Source: Waterburya sp. (GTDB taxonomy: Bacteria; Cyanobacteriota; Cyanobacteriia; Cyanobacteriales; Xenococcaceae). Taken from it: a DNA stretch of 64,000 nt. Both the position numbers and the translations under genes were made by a program. Numbering within the stretch: the first letter of the stretch is position 1; each line of letters starts with the position of its first letter. The stretch spans positions 3,168,001 to 3,232,000 of the forward strand of contig CBDCJV010000002.1 of NCBI GenBank assembly GCA_965217895.1, in the 5' to 3' direction. Of this stretch, positions 49,604 through 59,658 are shown piece after piece. The notes below the pieces were generated by a model. The model saw nothing but the letters and a program-made list of their open reading frames with translations, had not been told where the DNA came from and made no database searches.

Positions 49604-50491
49604 ATGACTAACAATACTATTTCTATTGAGCATACCTTCAAAATAGGCGGAGATTTGACAGTCAACCGCCTTGGTTACGGCGCGATGCGCCTTTCAGGTC
49701 AACCAGGAAACTTTGGCGCATATCCCGACTGGGAGGGTGGAGAACAACTTCTACGTCGTGCGGTTGAGTTGGGAGTAAACTTTATCGATACCGCAGAAGC
49801 TTATGGTGCAGGATTTAATGAACAAATCATTGCCTCTGCTTTGCATCCATATAATGACGATTTAGTAATTGCTACTAAAGGCGGAATCAACAAGTCAGCA
49901 CCAGACAGTATTAAAGCAGATGCCTCACCAGAATTTCTGCGGAGTGGCGTAGAAGGCAGTTTACAAAGGCTAAAACTAGAACAAATCGATTTATATCAAC
50001 TACATCGCCCCGATCCAAAAGTTCCCTTTGCTGAATCTATAGGAGCGTTAAAAGAACTTAGAGATGAAGGTAAAATTCGTCATCTTGGTTTATCTAACGT
50101 AACTATAGAACAGATTGAAGAGGCGCGTCAGATTGTGCCAATTGTGTCTGTGCAGAATAAATATAGTATTAGCGATCGCTCTTTTGAAAATGTCTTAGAT
50201 TATTGTACTAAAAATGATATAGCCTTTATCCCTCATGGTTCTTTGGGCGCACATCCGTTAAAACAAGGCGCACCATTAGCTAATGCAGAGGGAGTAATAG
50301 CAGATATTGCTAATAATAAAGATGTCAAACCCAATCAAATTGCTTTGGCATGGCTACTACACCGCGCACCCAACATCATTCTAATTCCAGGGACTACCAC
50401 CATTGCTCACCTAGAAGAAAACATGGCTGCTAGTCCAATTACTTTTACCTCAGAAGAAATAGCAATGTTGGATGAACTTAAAGCTGATTAG
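49604..50491 (+). CDS. aldo/keto reductase
   Basis: LGYGAM.L, IDTA..YG, IATKGG, SL.RL....IDLYQLH, GLSN, IPGT. Confidence 0.95.
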   Translation: MTNNTISIEHTFKIGGDLTVNRLGYGAMRLSGQPGNFGAYPDWEGGEQLLRRAVELGVNFIDTAEAYGAGFNEQIIASALHPYNDDLVIATKGGINKSAPDSIKADASPEFLRSGVEGSLQRLKLEQIDLYQLHRPDPKVPFAESIGALKELRDEGKIRHLGLSNVTIEQIEEARQIVPIVSVQNKYSISDRSFENVLDYCTKNDIAFIPHGSLGAHPLKQGAPLANAEGVIADIANNKDVKPNQIALAWLLHRAPNIILIPGTTTIAHLEENMAASPITFTSEEIAMLDELKAD

Positions 50492-50539
50492 GTTCTCTTT
50501 TGTAATTACCAATACTCTCAAAAAAAATCACAGATAAAC

Positions 50540-51361
50540 ATGAAATTTGCACCCCATATTGGCTTAAGTTCATTAGAAGACTTTATGTTTCCCGCGAGTG
50601 CTGGAAATAATCCGATAGATCAAATTAAGTTCATTGCCGAACGAGGATTTTCAGGAATTGAAGATAACTTTCTTAAATTGCGTCCTGTTGAAGTTCAAAA
50701 GAAAATTGGCAAAGAATTAGCCAAACATAATCTAGAAATGGGTTGTTTTGTTAATAATTTAATCTTTGATCGTCCTACCTTTGTTAGTAACTCAACCGAA
50801 GCTAAAGAAACATTACTGCAACAACTACGGGAAACAATCGAAGTAGCCAAACGAGTCAATGGAAAATATGCCACCGTTCTTTCTGGCGTTTTAGACCCAA
50901 GCCTAGAAAGAGATTATCAAACAGCAAATATGATTGAAAATCTTAAGTACTGTGCTGAACTAGCTGAATCTGCTGAAATAACTTTAGGCGTAGAGGCAAT
51001 TACAGGTAAATGGTGGCAGGGAACTTTCGTAACTACAATTCCTCATGCTTATTTAATTGTAAAAGCAGTTAACAGTCCTGCGGTAAAACTAGTTTTTGAT
51101 ACTTTTCAGGTTCAAATGGAAACTGGCAACATAATTGAAAATATTGATCGCGTCTGGGATGAGATTGCTCTTTTTCAAATTGCCGATGCACCCAAAAGAA
51201 CAGAACCCAATAGCGGAGAGATGAACTACACAGCTATCCTCAAACACATTAAATCAAAAGGATATGACGGACTAATCGAAATGGAACATTCCGTTTCACA
51301 ACCAGGGAAAGCTGGAGAAGAGAAAGTGCTAGAAATTTACGATAGTTTCAAGAAATTGTAG
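50540..51361 (+). CDS. hydroxypyruvate isomerase-like TIM-barrel protein
   Basis: V.SP.VKL.FD...Q...GN, QIAD.P.R.EP..GE.NY, GY.G...EH. Confidence 0.85.
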   Translation: MKFAPHIGLSSLEDFMFPASAGNNPIDQIKFIAERGFSGIEDNFLKLRPVEVQKKIGKELAKHNLEMGCFVNNLIFDRPTFVSNSTEAKETLLQQLRETIEVAKRVNGKYATVLSGVLDPSLERDYQTANMIENLKYCAELAESAEITLGVEAITGKWWQGTFVTTIPHAYLIVKAVNSPAVKLVFDTFQVQMETGNIIENIDRVWDEIALFQIADAPKRTEPNSGEMNYTAILKHIKSKGYDGLIEMEHSVSQPGKAGEEKVLEIYDSFKKL

Positions 51362-51371
51362 GTGAGACAAG

Positions 51372-51959
51372 ATGAACTACAATCAAAATAACTCACATTC
51401 TTACCAACCAGTTACGATTCTAATTACTCGTAGCCCTCATAAAAGTAATCAGAAAGAATTTGAACAGGCTTTATCTAAGACTATAGATGCTGCCTTAGAA
51501 TTTCCTGGTCATCTTGGCGTAACTGTACTTAAGCCACAAAGAGGTGAATCAAACGATTATCGAATTATAGTTAAGTTTGCCTCCGAAGCAGACTATCAAA
51601 GATGGTGTCGCTCGAATGAAGCTGCTCGTTGGTTTGAAATACTTAATCGTTTAGAAGAAAAACCACCAAATCTGGAAATCATGACAGGTTTGGAAACTTG
51701 GTTTGCTGTAAATAGTTCTACATCTAGACCAATGATTCCTCCTCCCCGCTATAAAATGGCGATCGTTACCTGGATAGCAATTTTTGTATTGATTGTAATT
51801 ATCAATTTGGTCATGGGTAGCTTTCTTGCCTCTTTGCCAATGTTGCTACGTAGTTTTTTGCTAACAGTCGTATTGGTAGGATTGATGACTTATGTTGTTA
51901 TGCCTCAAATGAATCGCTTGTTTAGCTGGTGGCTATATCCCCGAAGAAGTTTACCTTAA
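51372..51959 (+). CDS. antibiotic biosynthesis monooxygenase-domain membrane protein
   Basis: FPGHLG, TGLE.WF, PPRYKMA, LMTY..MP....F..WL. Confidence 0.85.
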   Translation: MNYNQNNSHSYQPVTILITRSPHKSNQKEFEQALSKTIDAALEFPGHLGVTVLKPQRGESNDYRIIVKFASEADYQRWCRSNEAARWFEILNRLEEKPPNLEIMTGLETWFAVNSSTSRPMIPPPRYKMAIVTWIAIFVLIVIINLVMGSFLASLPMLLRSFLLTVVLVGLMTYVVMPQMNRLFSWWLYPRRSLP

Positions 51960-52062
51960 TGTTTTTAATTATCAAAATAGATTGCGATCGCAAATTTAAA
52001 TACAAAACTAATCTTTGTAAAGATTTTGCGGTTAATTATCGGGAGAAATTAATTTACTAAAT

Positions 52063-52146
52063 ATGATGAAAGATCGAAAAATAGCCTTAGTTACAGGTGC
52101 AAATCGTGGGATTGGCTTGGCGATTAGCCCAATCTCAACGACTTAA
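52063..52146 (+). pseudogene. N-terminal remnant of an SDR oxidoreductase
   Basis: MMKDRKIALVTGANRGIGLAI followed by an early stop. Confidence 0.8.
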
Positions 52147-52189
52147 GATTTAGAATAGAAAATATGGTACTTTAATACTCACAAAAACC

Positions 52190-52759
52190 ATGATTCAAAT
52201 TAAGCCAAGGTTCAAAAGCTTTGAAGAATACCTAGCCTACGATGATGGCACAAATAAGCTATATGAACTGTTTAATGGAGAATTAATCGAAGTGCCGCCA
52301 GAATCGGGACAGAATGTGCAGATTGCTACCTTCTTGTTAATTCACTTTGCTGCACTTATTGGTTATCGCCGAGTTCGAGGACATGGATTGGAGTTGGAAG
52401 TAAATGGCGAACCCAGGAATCGCTATCCCGATCTGACAATCTTACGAGAAGAACATATCGAACAGTTGGCAAAACGCAATACAGTTCGTTTAACTATGTC
52501 TCCTCCTTTGCTAGTTGTAGAAGTAGTTAGTCCTGGTGAATTACAGCGCGATCGCGATTATGTTGCTAAACGAATACAGTATCAAGATTGCGGTATTCCT
52601 GAATATTGGATTATCGATCCTAATACTCAAACAATATTAATTTTGGAATTATCGGAAAATACTTATCAGCAAGTAGGTAGCTTTTCTGACAAATCACAAC
52701 TACTTTCACTACAGTTTTCAACACTCGATCTCACGCCAGCACAAATTTTTGAAAATTAA
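52190..52759 (+). CDS. Uma2 family endonuclease
   Basis: YEL..GEL...PPES, PD, LVVEVVSP, RDY..KR..Y...GIPEYWI.DP. Confidence 0.92.
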   Translation: MIQIKPRFKSFEEYLAYDDGTNKLYELFNGELIEVPPESGQNVQIATFLLIHFAALIGYRRVRGHGLELEVNGEPRNRYPDLTILREEHIEQLAKRNTVRLTMSPPLLVVEVVSPGELQRDRDYVAKRIQYQDCGIPEYWIIDPNTQTILILELSENTYQQVGSFSDKSQLLSLQFSTLDLTPAQIFEN

Positions 52760-52795
52760 CAGCCAATTTGTATTCAAACTTAAAACTAAGATTCA

Positions 52796-53496
52796 ATGAA
52801 CGGCAAACAAACTAAAATAGCATTAGTTACTGGAGCAAATCGCGGGATTGGATATGCGATCGCCCAAGGATTACTAAAAGCAGATTTCCAAGTAATTATT
52901 GGAGCGAGATCGCTCGAAAAAGGTCAAGCAGCAGCCGAAAAACTTAACTCACCTTCAGTTAGCGCGGTAGAAATTGATATTGCTGGCGATAATAATATTA
53001 ACAATGCTTTTAATGAGTTGAACGGCAAAATAGATCGCCTCGACGTATTGATTAATAATGCAGGTATCTATCCCGATAACGGCTTTAATATTCTGACTAT
53101 CGATCGCGATTTGTTAATTAAAACCCTCAATGTGAATACCTTTGGCGCGATTAAAACCACGCAAATATTTCTACCTTTACTAAAAAAAGCCGACAAAGCC
53201 AGGGTGATCAACTATTCCAGTGGTTACGGACAATTAGCAGGACTCTCTGCTGGTGTACCCAGTTACTGCTTATCTAAGCTAGCTGTTAATGGTGCAACGA
53301 TTATGTTAGCGGATGCTTTAGCGAGTAAAATACCGTTAACGCTGTCGATCCTGGTTGGGTAAGTTCGGATATGGGAGGAGAAAACGCACCAAGAACCACA
53401 GAACAAGGTGCAGATACGGCGATTTGGTTAGCTACTGTTGATGCGGTTAAAGATAGTGGAAAACTATGGCGCGATCGCTCTATTGTTTCTTATTAA
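52796..53496 (+). pseudogene. SDR (carbonyl-reductase-like) oxidoreductase with frameshift near 53330
   Basis: TGANRGIG, NNAG, Y..SK; VNAVDPGWV.SDMGG..APR...GADT..WLA continues in another frame to the stop at 53496. Confidence 0.85.
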
Positions 53497-53591
53497 CTCT
53501 CTTAAAGCGATTTGGCTTACGTCTAGCCTACGAATCGCCTCATAATCTAAAACATTTAAAATGTAGTAGTTAAATCTTAGTTAATAGAATA

Positions 53592-53819
53592 ATGAAAACT
53601 GAACGAGAAAGAGAAGAGTTAATTCAAAATATTAATTTCTTGTTACATCAAGCTTATGACAGTACCTTAGATGAAATTTATGCAGAATTAAAACGCATAG
53701 ATGATCTGGAGGATGAAGAAGATCTTATAGCAGTTGAAGAAGCTAGAGAAGATATCCGTCTCAACGGTACAGTAACCTGGGAAGAAGTCCAAAATGAAAT
53801 TAAAAAAGATGTTGCGTGA
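53592..53819 (+). CDS. putative antitoxin
   Basis: acidic 75 aa with LED.ED....A......WEEV; 4-bp overlap with the toxin gene. Confidence 0.75.
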   Translation: MKTEREREELIQNINFLLHQAYDSTLDEIYAELKRIDDLEDEEDLIAVEEAREDIRLNGTVTWEEVQNEIKKDVA

Positions 53820-54082
53820 GCTATCGAGTTGAATTCTCTAAGGGTGCAAAAAAACAGTTTAGAAAATTACCTTCAAACATACAAAAGCGCATACAAGCTA
53901 AGATTGATGAATTAGCTATAGAACCTCGTCCTAATCGGCTAAAAAAATTACAAGGTGCTGATAATTCATATCGCATTCGAGTAGTAGATTATCGGCTCGT
54001 TTACGAAATAAAAGATGATGTTTTGTTGGTAATTGTAATTAAAATAAAACATCGCAGCGAAGTTTATAAAGACAAAAACTAA
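53816..54082 (+). CDS. RelE/ParE family type II toxin
   Basis: Y.V.F...A.K...KL, PRP...KKL.G, YRIRV.DYR..YEI, HR.EVY. Confidence 0.92.
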   Translation: MSYRVEFSKGAKKQFRKLPSNIQKRIQAKIDELAIEPRPNRLKKLQGADNSYRIRVVDYRLVYEIKDDVLLVIVIKIKHRSEVYKDKN

Positions 54083-54183
54083 TACATCGTTTTGATCCTA
54101 AAGTACCTTCGTTAAAACAAGGCGCACCATTAGCTAATACTGAAGGTGCGATCGCAGGTCTTATTATGGAGAGAATCAATCTC

Positions 54184-54753
54184 TTAGCTTTTTTGTAGTA
54201 CTTCCTCGGCTGTCAAATCGATTTGTGCTAATAAGGGTGAGTCAAGGCGATCGCTACCTTGATAAACTTTTTCCTCATAAAAACCCTCAACCAATTCCAG
54301 GATTGTTACTTGTTGTTGAATCGGATCAACGATCCAATATTCGCCAATTCCTCTGGCTGCGTACTCACTTCTTTTATAGCGATAATCTCGCTTTTCTTGG
54401 TTAGGACTGACCACTTCTATAGCCAGTAGAGGTGGTGGCATATCCATCAACACAATCGATCTACTAGCACCTTCTAATACCGTCGCTAATTCCTCGGATA
54501 ACACAAGTAAATCTGGTAGACGCACAGAGACTCTCGATCCACTAACAGCTATCTCTGTTTTCATGGTCAATCTATAAAAAGGAATACCCTGTTGGCTAAA
54601 ATAAATTAACAAAAACATGGCAATTCGGCGATTGATTTCGCTCTCAGAAGGCATCCAGATTAATTCTCCATTCTCTAGCTCATATAAATTATCTGTGCCA
54701 TCATCATAAGCAAGAAACTCTTCTAGAGTCATTTTTTGAGTGGTAGTGGTCAT
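54184..54753 (-). CDS. Uma2 family endonuclease
   Basis: YELE.GEL, R.PD, IEVVSP, RDYRYKRSEYAARGI.EYWIVDP. Confidence 0.92.
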   Translation of the reverse strand: MTTTTQKMTLEEFLAYDDGTDNLYELENGELIWMPSESEINRRIAMFLLIYFSQQGIPFYRLTMKTEIAVSGSRVSVRLPDLLVLSEELATVLEGASRSIVLMDMPPPLLAIEVVSPNQEKRDYRYKRSEYAARGIGEYWIVDPIQQQVTILELVEGFYEEKVYQGSDRLDSPLLAQIDLTAEEVLQKS

Positions 54754-54850
54754 TTCTACACTTCCTGCAATTTATTGACGATCCTAGCATTTGGCTTGTC
54801 GATACAGGACGCAAGCTGAATATTTGTAGCTAAAAATGCCAACACTTTTT

Positions 54851-55237
54851 TTATTGTTGTTGTGTAATCAAAGCTGATGGTTCGCCTTGTAGTTTAGAAT
54901 GCTGGGCAAAACTGGGTTGATGAAATAGCAGCAATCCTAGAATGCTAGTACACAATCCAAGTAAAATTGTTCTTCCTATATTTACCCTAAATCTTTTCTG
55001 ATTTGGAGACAATTGCTGTTGAAAATTGTTTACTTTTTCAGCTTGCCTCTGGTTGAGAGACAGTCCGTTGCGAGCCAAAGCGTTGCGGGGGTTCCCCCCG
55101 TTATAGCTATTGGCGAGGGCGCGGAGGTTCACCCCGTTAAAGGAACTGTCGAGGGTGCGACTGATGGCTAAATCTTCATCGATGATTTGTTCAAATTCGT
55201 AGCGATCTAGAAAAGACATTTTGCTATCCTCCAGCAA
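54851..55237 (-). CDS. hypothetical protein with C-terminal hydrophobic segment, carrying an in-frame repeat insertion (ATG at 55219 is a plausible start)
   Basis: ORF with ggagga upstream of the ATG at 55219; divergent from the ATPase. Confidence 0.5.
   Translation of the reverse strand: MLEDSKMSFLDRYEFEQIIDEDLAISRTLDSSFNGVNLRALANSYNGGNPRNALARNGLSLNQRQAEKVNNFQQQLSPNQKRFRVNIGRTILLGLCTSILGLLLFHQPSFAQHSKLQGEPSALITQQQ
55069..55160. repeat. GC-rich small dispersed repeat with two subunits
   Basis: gcgggggttccccccgtta / gcggaggttcaccccgtta, flanked by direct tgcga 87 bp apart. Confidence 0.65.
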
Positions 55238-55940
55238 TTACACTCTTTAACTGTTAATATCGTCTGCGGTCGATATGACGTAGATGTGTCAGTTTTAAAG
55301 AAATTTTATGAAAGACTTAAATTAGTTCCTGCGGGGATTACCCCTTGGCTAATTGTTAATTATAGTTACAGTCTGTTGCACGACTAATTAATACATCGGT
55401 CGATTTAATTATAGCGATCGCCATATTAGCTTTGTCTAATCTATATCTGGTGTTGACTAAAACAAGTGACGCTATCACAGGGCGGAGTACCGCCCAAAGC
55501 CTCTGAAAGAGGCTTGCCACGCAAAGCGGGGCGTGTAGTTGACTAAAAATATTTTTTCTCAACTTGTCACCAATGCCGTTTGCAAACAAGAACTTCTTAA
55601 ACGCTAATAGCTAATAGCTTAGAACTTAAAGCTACGGACAGTGTTCTTTTATGTGTCATTACTTAAATCAGCAACGCCTATATTTAAAAACTAAAATATG
55701 TGTCACACAAGCTTAGTAATGCTGACACATAGGCGACACATAATATCTATATTTTGGAGAAAGATTCAATCAAGCATCGGCTTTAAGCTTTTTACCTGAT
55801 AAAATTGGCGATTCTTGTCAGATTTTTCTGAACATTTTGAAACTGAAAAGACAATTTTTTCACTATAAAATTAGCCATGATTTTGTTGTGAATGCGATCC
55901 GAATGTTACGCAAAGCAAGTCCTTAACACAAACTAATAAC

Positions 55941-58406
55941 ATGACTTCTACAACCCAATCAACAGAAATTCCCATTGAACAACTGTTTAAAGAACTTAAT
56001 AGTTCTGCTGATGGTTTAACGGCTACTGAAGCCATAGATCGTCTAGCTAAATATGGCTATAACGAACTAGCAGAAAAAAAAGTCAACCCTTTTCTAGTCT
56101 TTTTGACCTATTTTTGGGGTCCGATGCCCTGGATGATTGAAATAGCAATTATCTTATGTGCTTTGGTACAAGATTGGGTAGATTTTGGCATTATTACCTT
56201 GTTATTAATTGGTAATGGCGCGATCGGCTTTTTTGAAGAAAGGTCGGCTGAAGATGCGGTAGCTGCTCTCAAGGCTCAACTGGCAACTAATGCTGTGGTT
56301 AAGCGCGATCGCAATTGGGCGACTATTCCCGCCCGTGAATTAGTACCAGGAGATATTGTCCGCATCAAAATTGGTGATGTGTTACCTGCCGATTTGCGAT
56401 TGTTGCCCTGCGATCCCATTTTGGTAGACCAAGCTGCCTTGACTGGGGAATCGCTGCCTGTTACCCGTGAAGCTGGAGAAGAAGTTTATTCTGGCTCGAT
56501 TCTCAAGCGAGGACAAGCAGAAGCTTTAGTTAGTGCTACAGGAGTCAATACTTTTTTTGGTAGAACTGCCCAACTGGTGTCAGAAGCCGAAACTACTGAT
56601 AATATTCAGAGAGTTGTCCTAAAAATCTCTGACTATTTAATTTTTATCAACCTGTTTTTGGTCGCAGCAATTTTAGTAGTCAGAGTTCACGCAGGAGATC
56701 AGTTTTTTGTCGTACTAAAGTATTGTCTGGTTTTAACCGTTGCTTCTATTCCCCTAGCTACGCCAACGGTATTGGCAGTAACCATGGCACTTGGCGCACA
56801 ACTATTAGCTAAAAAAAATGCTGTAGTTACGCGCCTTGCAGCAATCAACGAACTAGCTGAAGTAAATATGCTCTGTTCGGATAAAACAGGTACTTTAACT
56901 CTCAATCAGTTGACTCTTGGTGAGCCATTTACTCTAGGACAAATAGATTCAGAAGAGCTACTTTTCATGGCAGCATTAGCAGCTAGCCGAGAAGAAAAAG
57001 ATCCAATCGATCAAACGATTGTTGATGGGTTAAAAAATCCCCAACAGCTAGAAACCTATAAATTAATTCGTTATCTTCCTTTCGATCCCGTAGGTAAACG
57101 CACAGAAGCAGAACTAAAAGCCCCAGATGGCAGAATTTTTAAAACAAGTAAAGGCGCGCCTCAAGTAATTTTAGATTTAGTACCCAACAAAGCGGAAATT
57201 GAAACCGCAGTCAATAAACAAATAGAGGAGATTGCCAAACGAGGTTACAGAGCATTGGGTGTTGCCCGCACCGATGACCAAGGACAGTGGCAGTTCTTGG
57301 GGGTAATGTCTTTATTCGATCCACCTCGTCCCGATTCCCAAATTACGATTCAAAATGCCCGCAAGCTAGGAGTTCCTGTGAAAATGGTGACTGGCGACCA
57401 GGTGATAATCGCTAAAGAAACCTGTCGGCAATTAGGTTTGGGTCAAAATATTCTTGATACCACCCTGTTTCGTAAAAGTTTATCTCCTATAGAAACAAGC
57501 CATCTCGATCAAGAAATTAGAGCAGCAGACGGCTTTGGTCAAGTTTTCCCAGAGGATAAATACTATATTGTTAAGTCACTACAAAAGCAGAATTATGTTG
57601 TGGCAATGACGGGAGATGGTGTAAACGATGCTCCCGCACTAAAGCAGGCAAACGCGGGAATTGCTGTTTCTGGTGCTACTGATGCTGCTCGTGCTGCTGC
57701 TGATATTGTACTTCTTACCCCTGGTTTGTCGGTGATTGTCGATGCCATTCAACTTAGCCGTCAGATTTTTCTACGGATGAACAGCTACTGTATTTATCGC
57801 GTAGTTGAAACCATCAGAATTTTGATCTTTACCACGCTGGCGATTTTTGTTTACGGTTCTTATCCGATTACAGTGGTCATGTTAGTTCTGTTGGCATTAA
57901 TCAATGATGGTTCAATGGTGACTATTGCTTATGATAATACCAGTACTCCTAAGCAACCCCAAAGATGGAATCTGCCTTTAATTCTTAGCCTTGCTACTGT
58001 AATTGGTTTGGTAGGAGTAGTAGAAACTTTTCTGCTTTATTTTTATACCGAAATATATTTAGGGTTGTCTCACGAAATGGTGCAAACCCTTATATATCTT
58101 CATCTAGCAGTGGGTGGCATGATGACTATTTATGTCACCCGCGTTCGTGGTGCATTTTGGTCAATTAAACCTGCTAGTCGAATGCTCTGGGCAACTGGTT
58201 TCTCCGTTCTAATTTCAACTATACTGGCCTGCTTTGGCATTTTAATGGCTCCAATTGGCTTGGCTTGGACAGCAGCTAGTTGGGGTTATGCCTTTGTCTG
58301 GTTCTTAATCTTCGACGCGGTAAAAATATTGCTATATCGCATTTTAGAAAATAGAAAAATTAAATATTTAAGTCGCAGATTTAATCGCAGATACTTATCA
58401 AAATAG
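55941..58406 (+). CDS. P-type ATPase, type IIIA (plasma-membrane H+-ATPase-like)
   Basis: FWGPMPWMIE.A, TGES, LCSDKTGTLT.N, KGAPQ, DPPR, TGDGVNDAP, M5 IYR, M6 IND. Confidence 0.92.
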   Translation: MTSTTQSTEIPIEQLFKELNSSADGLTATEAIDRLAKYGYNELAEKKVNPFLVFLTYFWGPMPWMIEIAIILCALVQDWVDFGIITLLLIGNGAIGFFEERSAEDAVAALKAQLATNAVVKRDRNWATIPARELVPGDIVRIKIGDVLPADLRLLPCDPILVDQAALTGESLPVTREAGEEVYSGSILKRGQAEALVSATGVNTFFGRTAQLVSEAETTDNIQRVVLKISDYLIFINLFLVAAILVVRVHAGDQFFVVLKYCLVLTVASIPLATPTVLAVTMALGAQLLAKKNAVVTRLAAINELAEVNMLCSDKTGTLTLNQLTLGEPFTLGQIDSEELLFMAALAASREEKDPIDQTIVDGLKNPQQLETYKLIRYLPFDPVGKRTEAELKAPDGRIFKTSKGAPQVILDLVPNKAEIETAVNKQIEEIAKRGYRALGVARTDDQGQWQFLGVMSLFDPPRPDSQITIQNARKLGVPVKMVTGDQVIIAKETCRQLGLGQNILDTTLFRKSLSPIETSHLDQEIRAADGFGQVFPEDKYYIVKSLQKQNYVVAMTGDGVNDAPALKQANAGIAVSGATDAARAAADIVLLTPGLSVIVDAIQLSRQIFLRMNSYCIYRVVETIRILIFTTLAIFVYGSYPITVVMLVLLALINDGSMVTIAYDNTSTPKQPQRWNLPLILSLATVIGLVGVVETFLLYFYTEIYLGLSHEMVQTLIYLHLAVGGMMTIYVTRVRGAFWSIKPASRMLWATGFSVLISTILACFGILMAPIGLAWTAASWGYAFVWFLIFDAVKILLYRILENRKIKYLSRRFNRRYLSK

Positions 58407-58709
58407 ATAAAATTTGGTTAACACAATCTTCTCGAGCAAAACATAATAATTATTAATAATTATTCCAAAAGCGATTGTATATTTTGAGGGTGATCGCCTG
58501 AACAAACTAATTTTCTTTGCCGTAAATCACAAGCTCGGCCATAAGCTGAAAAAATCTAACAATTAAATTAATATCTGCTCTAATCTTGTATCTCAATCGA
58601 TTTCGCCTACCAGCTCTCTGCCCCATGTAGTGCAATAAAAAAAGTTATCAGTTATTTTTGCGATACACTTCAAGCGACTGGATTATTTATTTAGCAAAGA
58701 GAAAACTGT

Positions 58710-58913
58710 ATGAGTACGGGTACTGTAAAGTTCTTCAATGACGAAAAAGGCTTTGGTTTTATACTTCAAGACGACGGAGGCAAAGATCTTTTTGTTCATG
58801 CCAGCGAAATTCAAGGCGATCGCGATACTACTCTGGCGGAGGGACAGAAAGTAGAATACGAAGTCGGACAAGGCAAAAAAGGACCTTGTGCGGTAAACGT
58901 TATTCCAAATTGA
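58710..58913 (+). CDS. cold-shock domain protein (CspA family)
   Basis: GTVKFFN.EKGFGFI (RNP1), DLFVH (RNP2), L.EGQKV.Y....G.KGP.A.NV. Confidence 0.95.
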   Translation: MSTGTVKFFNDEKGFGFILQDDGGKDLFVHASEIQGDRDTTLAEGQKVEYEVGQGKKGPCAVNVIPN

Positions 58914-58939
58914 TCTTAACTTTTGAATTTGATATTCCG

Positions 58940-58971
58940 AGCCTGTTTGATTGATTTCTATCAAACAGGCT
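58940..58971. terminator. hairpin downstream of csp
   Basis: agcctgtttgat/atcaaacaggct 12-bp stem. Confidence 0.6.
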
Positions 58972-59175
58972 TAATTGTTCTAAATTAAACGCTAGCTAGG
59001 CAGGATAAGCGCAAAAAACAAAAGAGCAAAATGTGCTAGTTGATTAAAAGACGTACATAATCGGCAGAATTATCATATTGGTATATTAATCAAAGACTTA
59101 CAAAATAAGACGTATGAGGATGCTAAAAACTACTCTTTTGTATATAGTAAATTCAGCCTGTTAAGCCTATTAGTT

Positions 59176-59658
59176 ATGATCCGATCCATACTTTGTCATC
59201 TTCTAGTCGGTTTACCTGGCAGTGGCAAATCAACTTTTGCTCAACAACTAAATCAACAAATTCCCAACTCGGTCATCATCTCTACTGATACTATCCGAAA
59301 GAGATTATATGGCGATGAACGAATTCAGGGAGACTGGAATCGTATTGAAGATACAGTTATTGAACAGGTTAGACTAGCCGTAACATATGAGCAAATTGCT
59401 ATTTATGATGCTACTAATGTTCGACTAGCTTGGAGAAATTCTTTTTTAGACAAAGTTAGCGATCTCAATTCCGAGTGGATCGCTTGGTGGCTTAAAACAC
59501 CAGTAAATATCTGTAAATACCGGAATAGAAGGCGATCTCGTCAAGTACCAAATGATATCATTAATGCTTACTATGATGATATTCAACAATTTCCACCGAC
59601 AGTAGAAGAAGGATTCATAGCGGTTAAAGAAATTACACCTAGAGGGTACGTGAGTTAG
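59176..59658 (+). CDS. AAA_33 family P-loop kinase
   Basis: GLPGSGKST, ISTD..R, YDATN, RN..R.R.VP. Confidence 0.88.
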   Translation: MIRSILCHLLVGLPGSGKSTFAQQLNQQIPNSVIISTDTIRKRLYGDERIQGDWNRIEDTVIEQVRLAVTYEQIAIYDATNVRLAWRNSFLDKVSDLNSEWIAWWLKTPVNICKYRNRRRSRQVPNDIINAYYDDIQQFPPTVEEGFIAVKEITPRGYVS

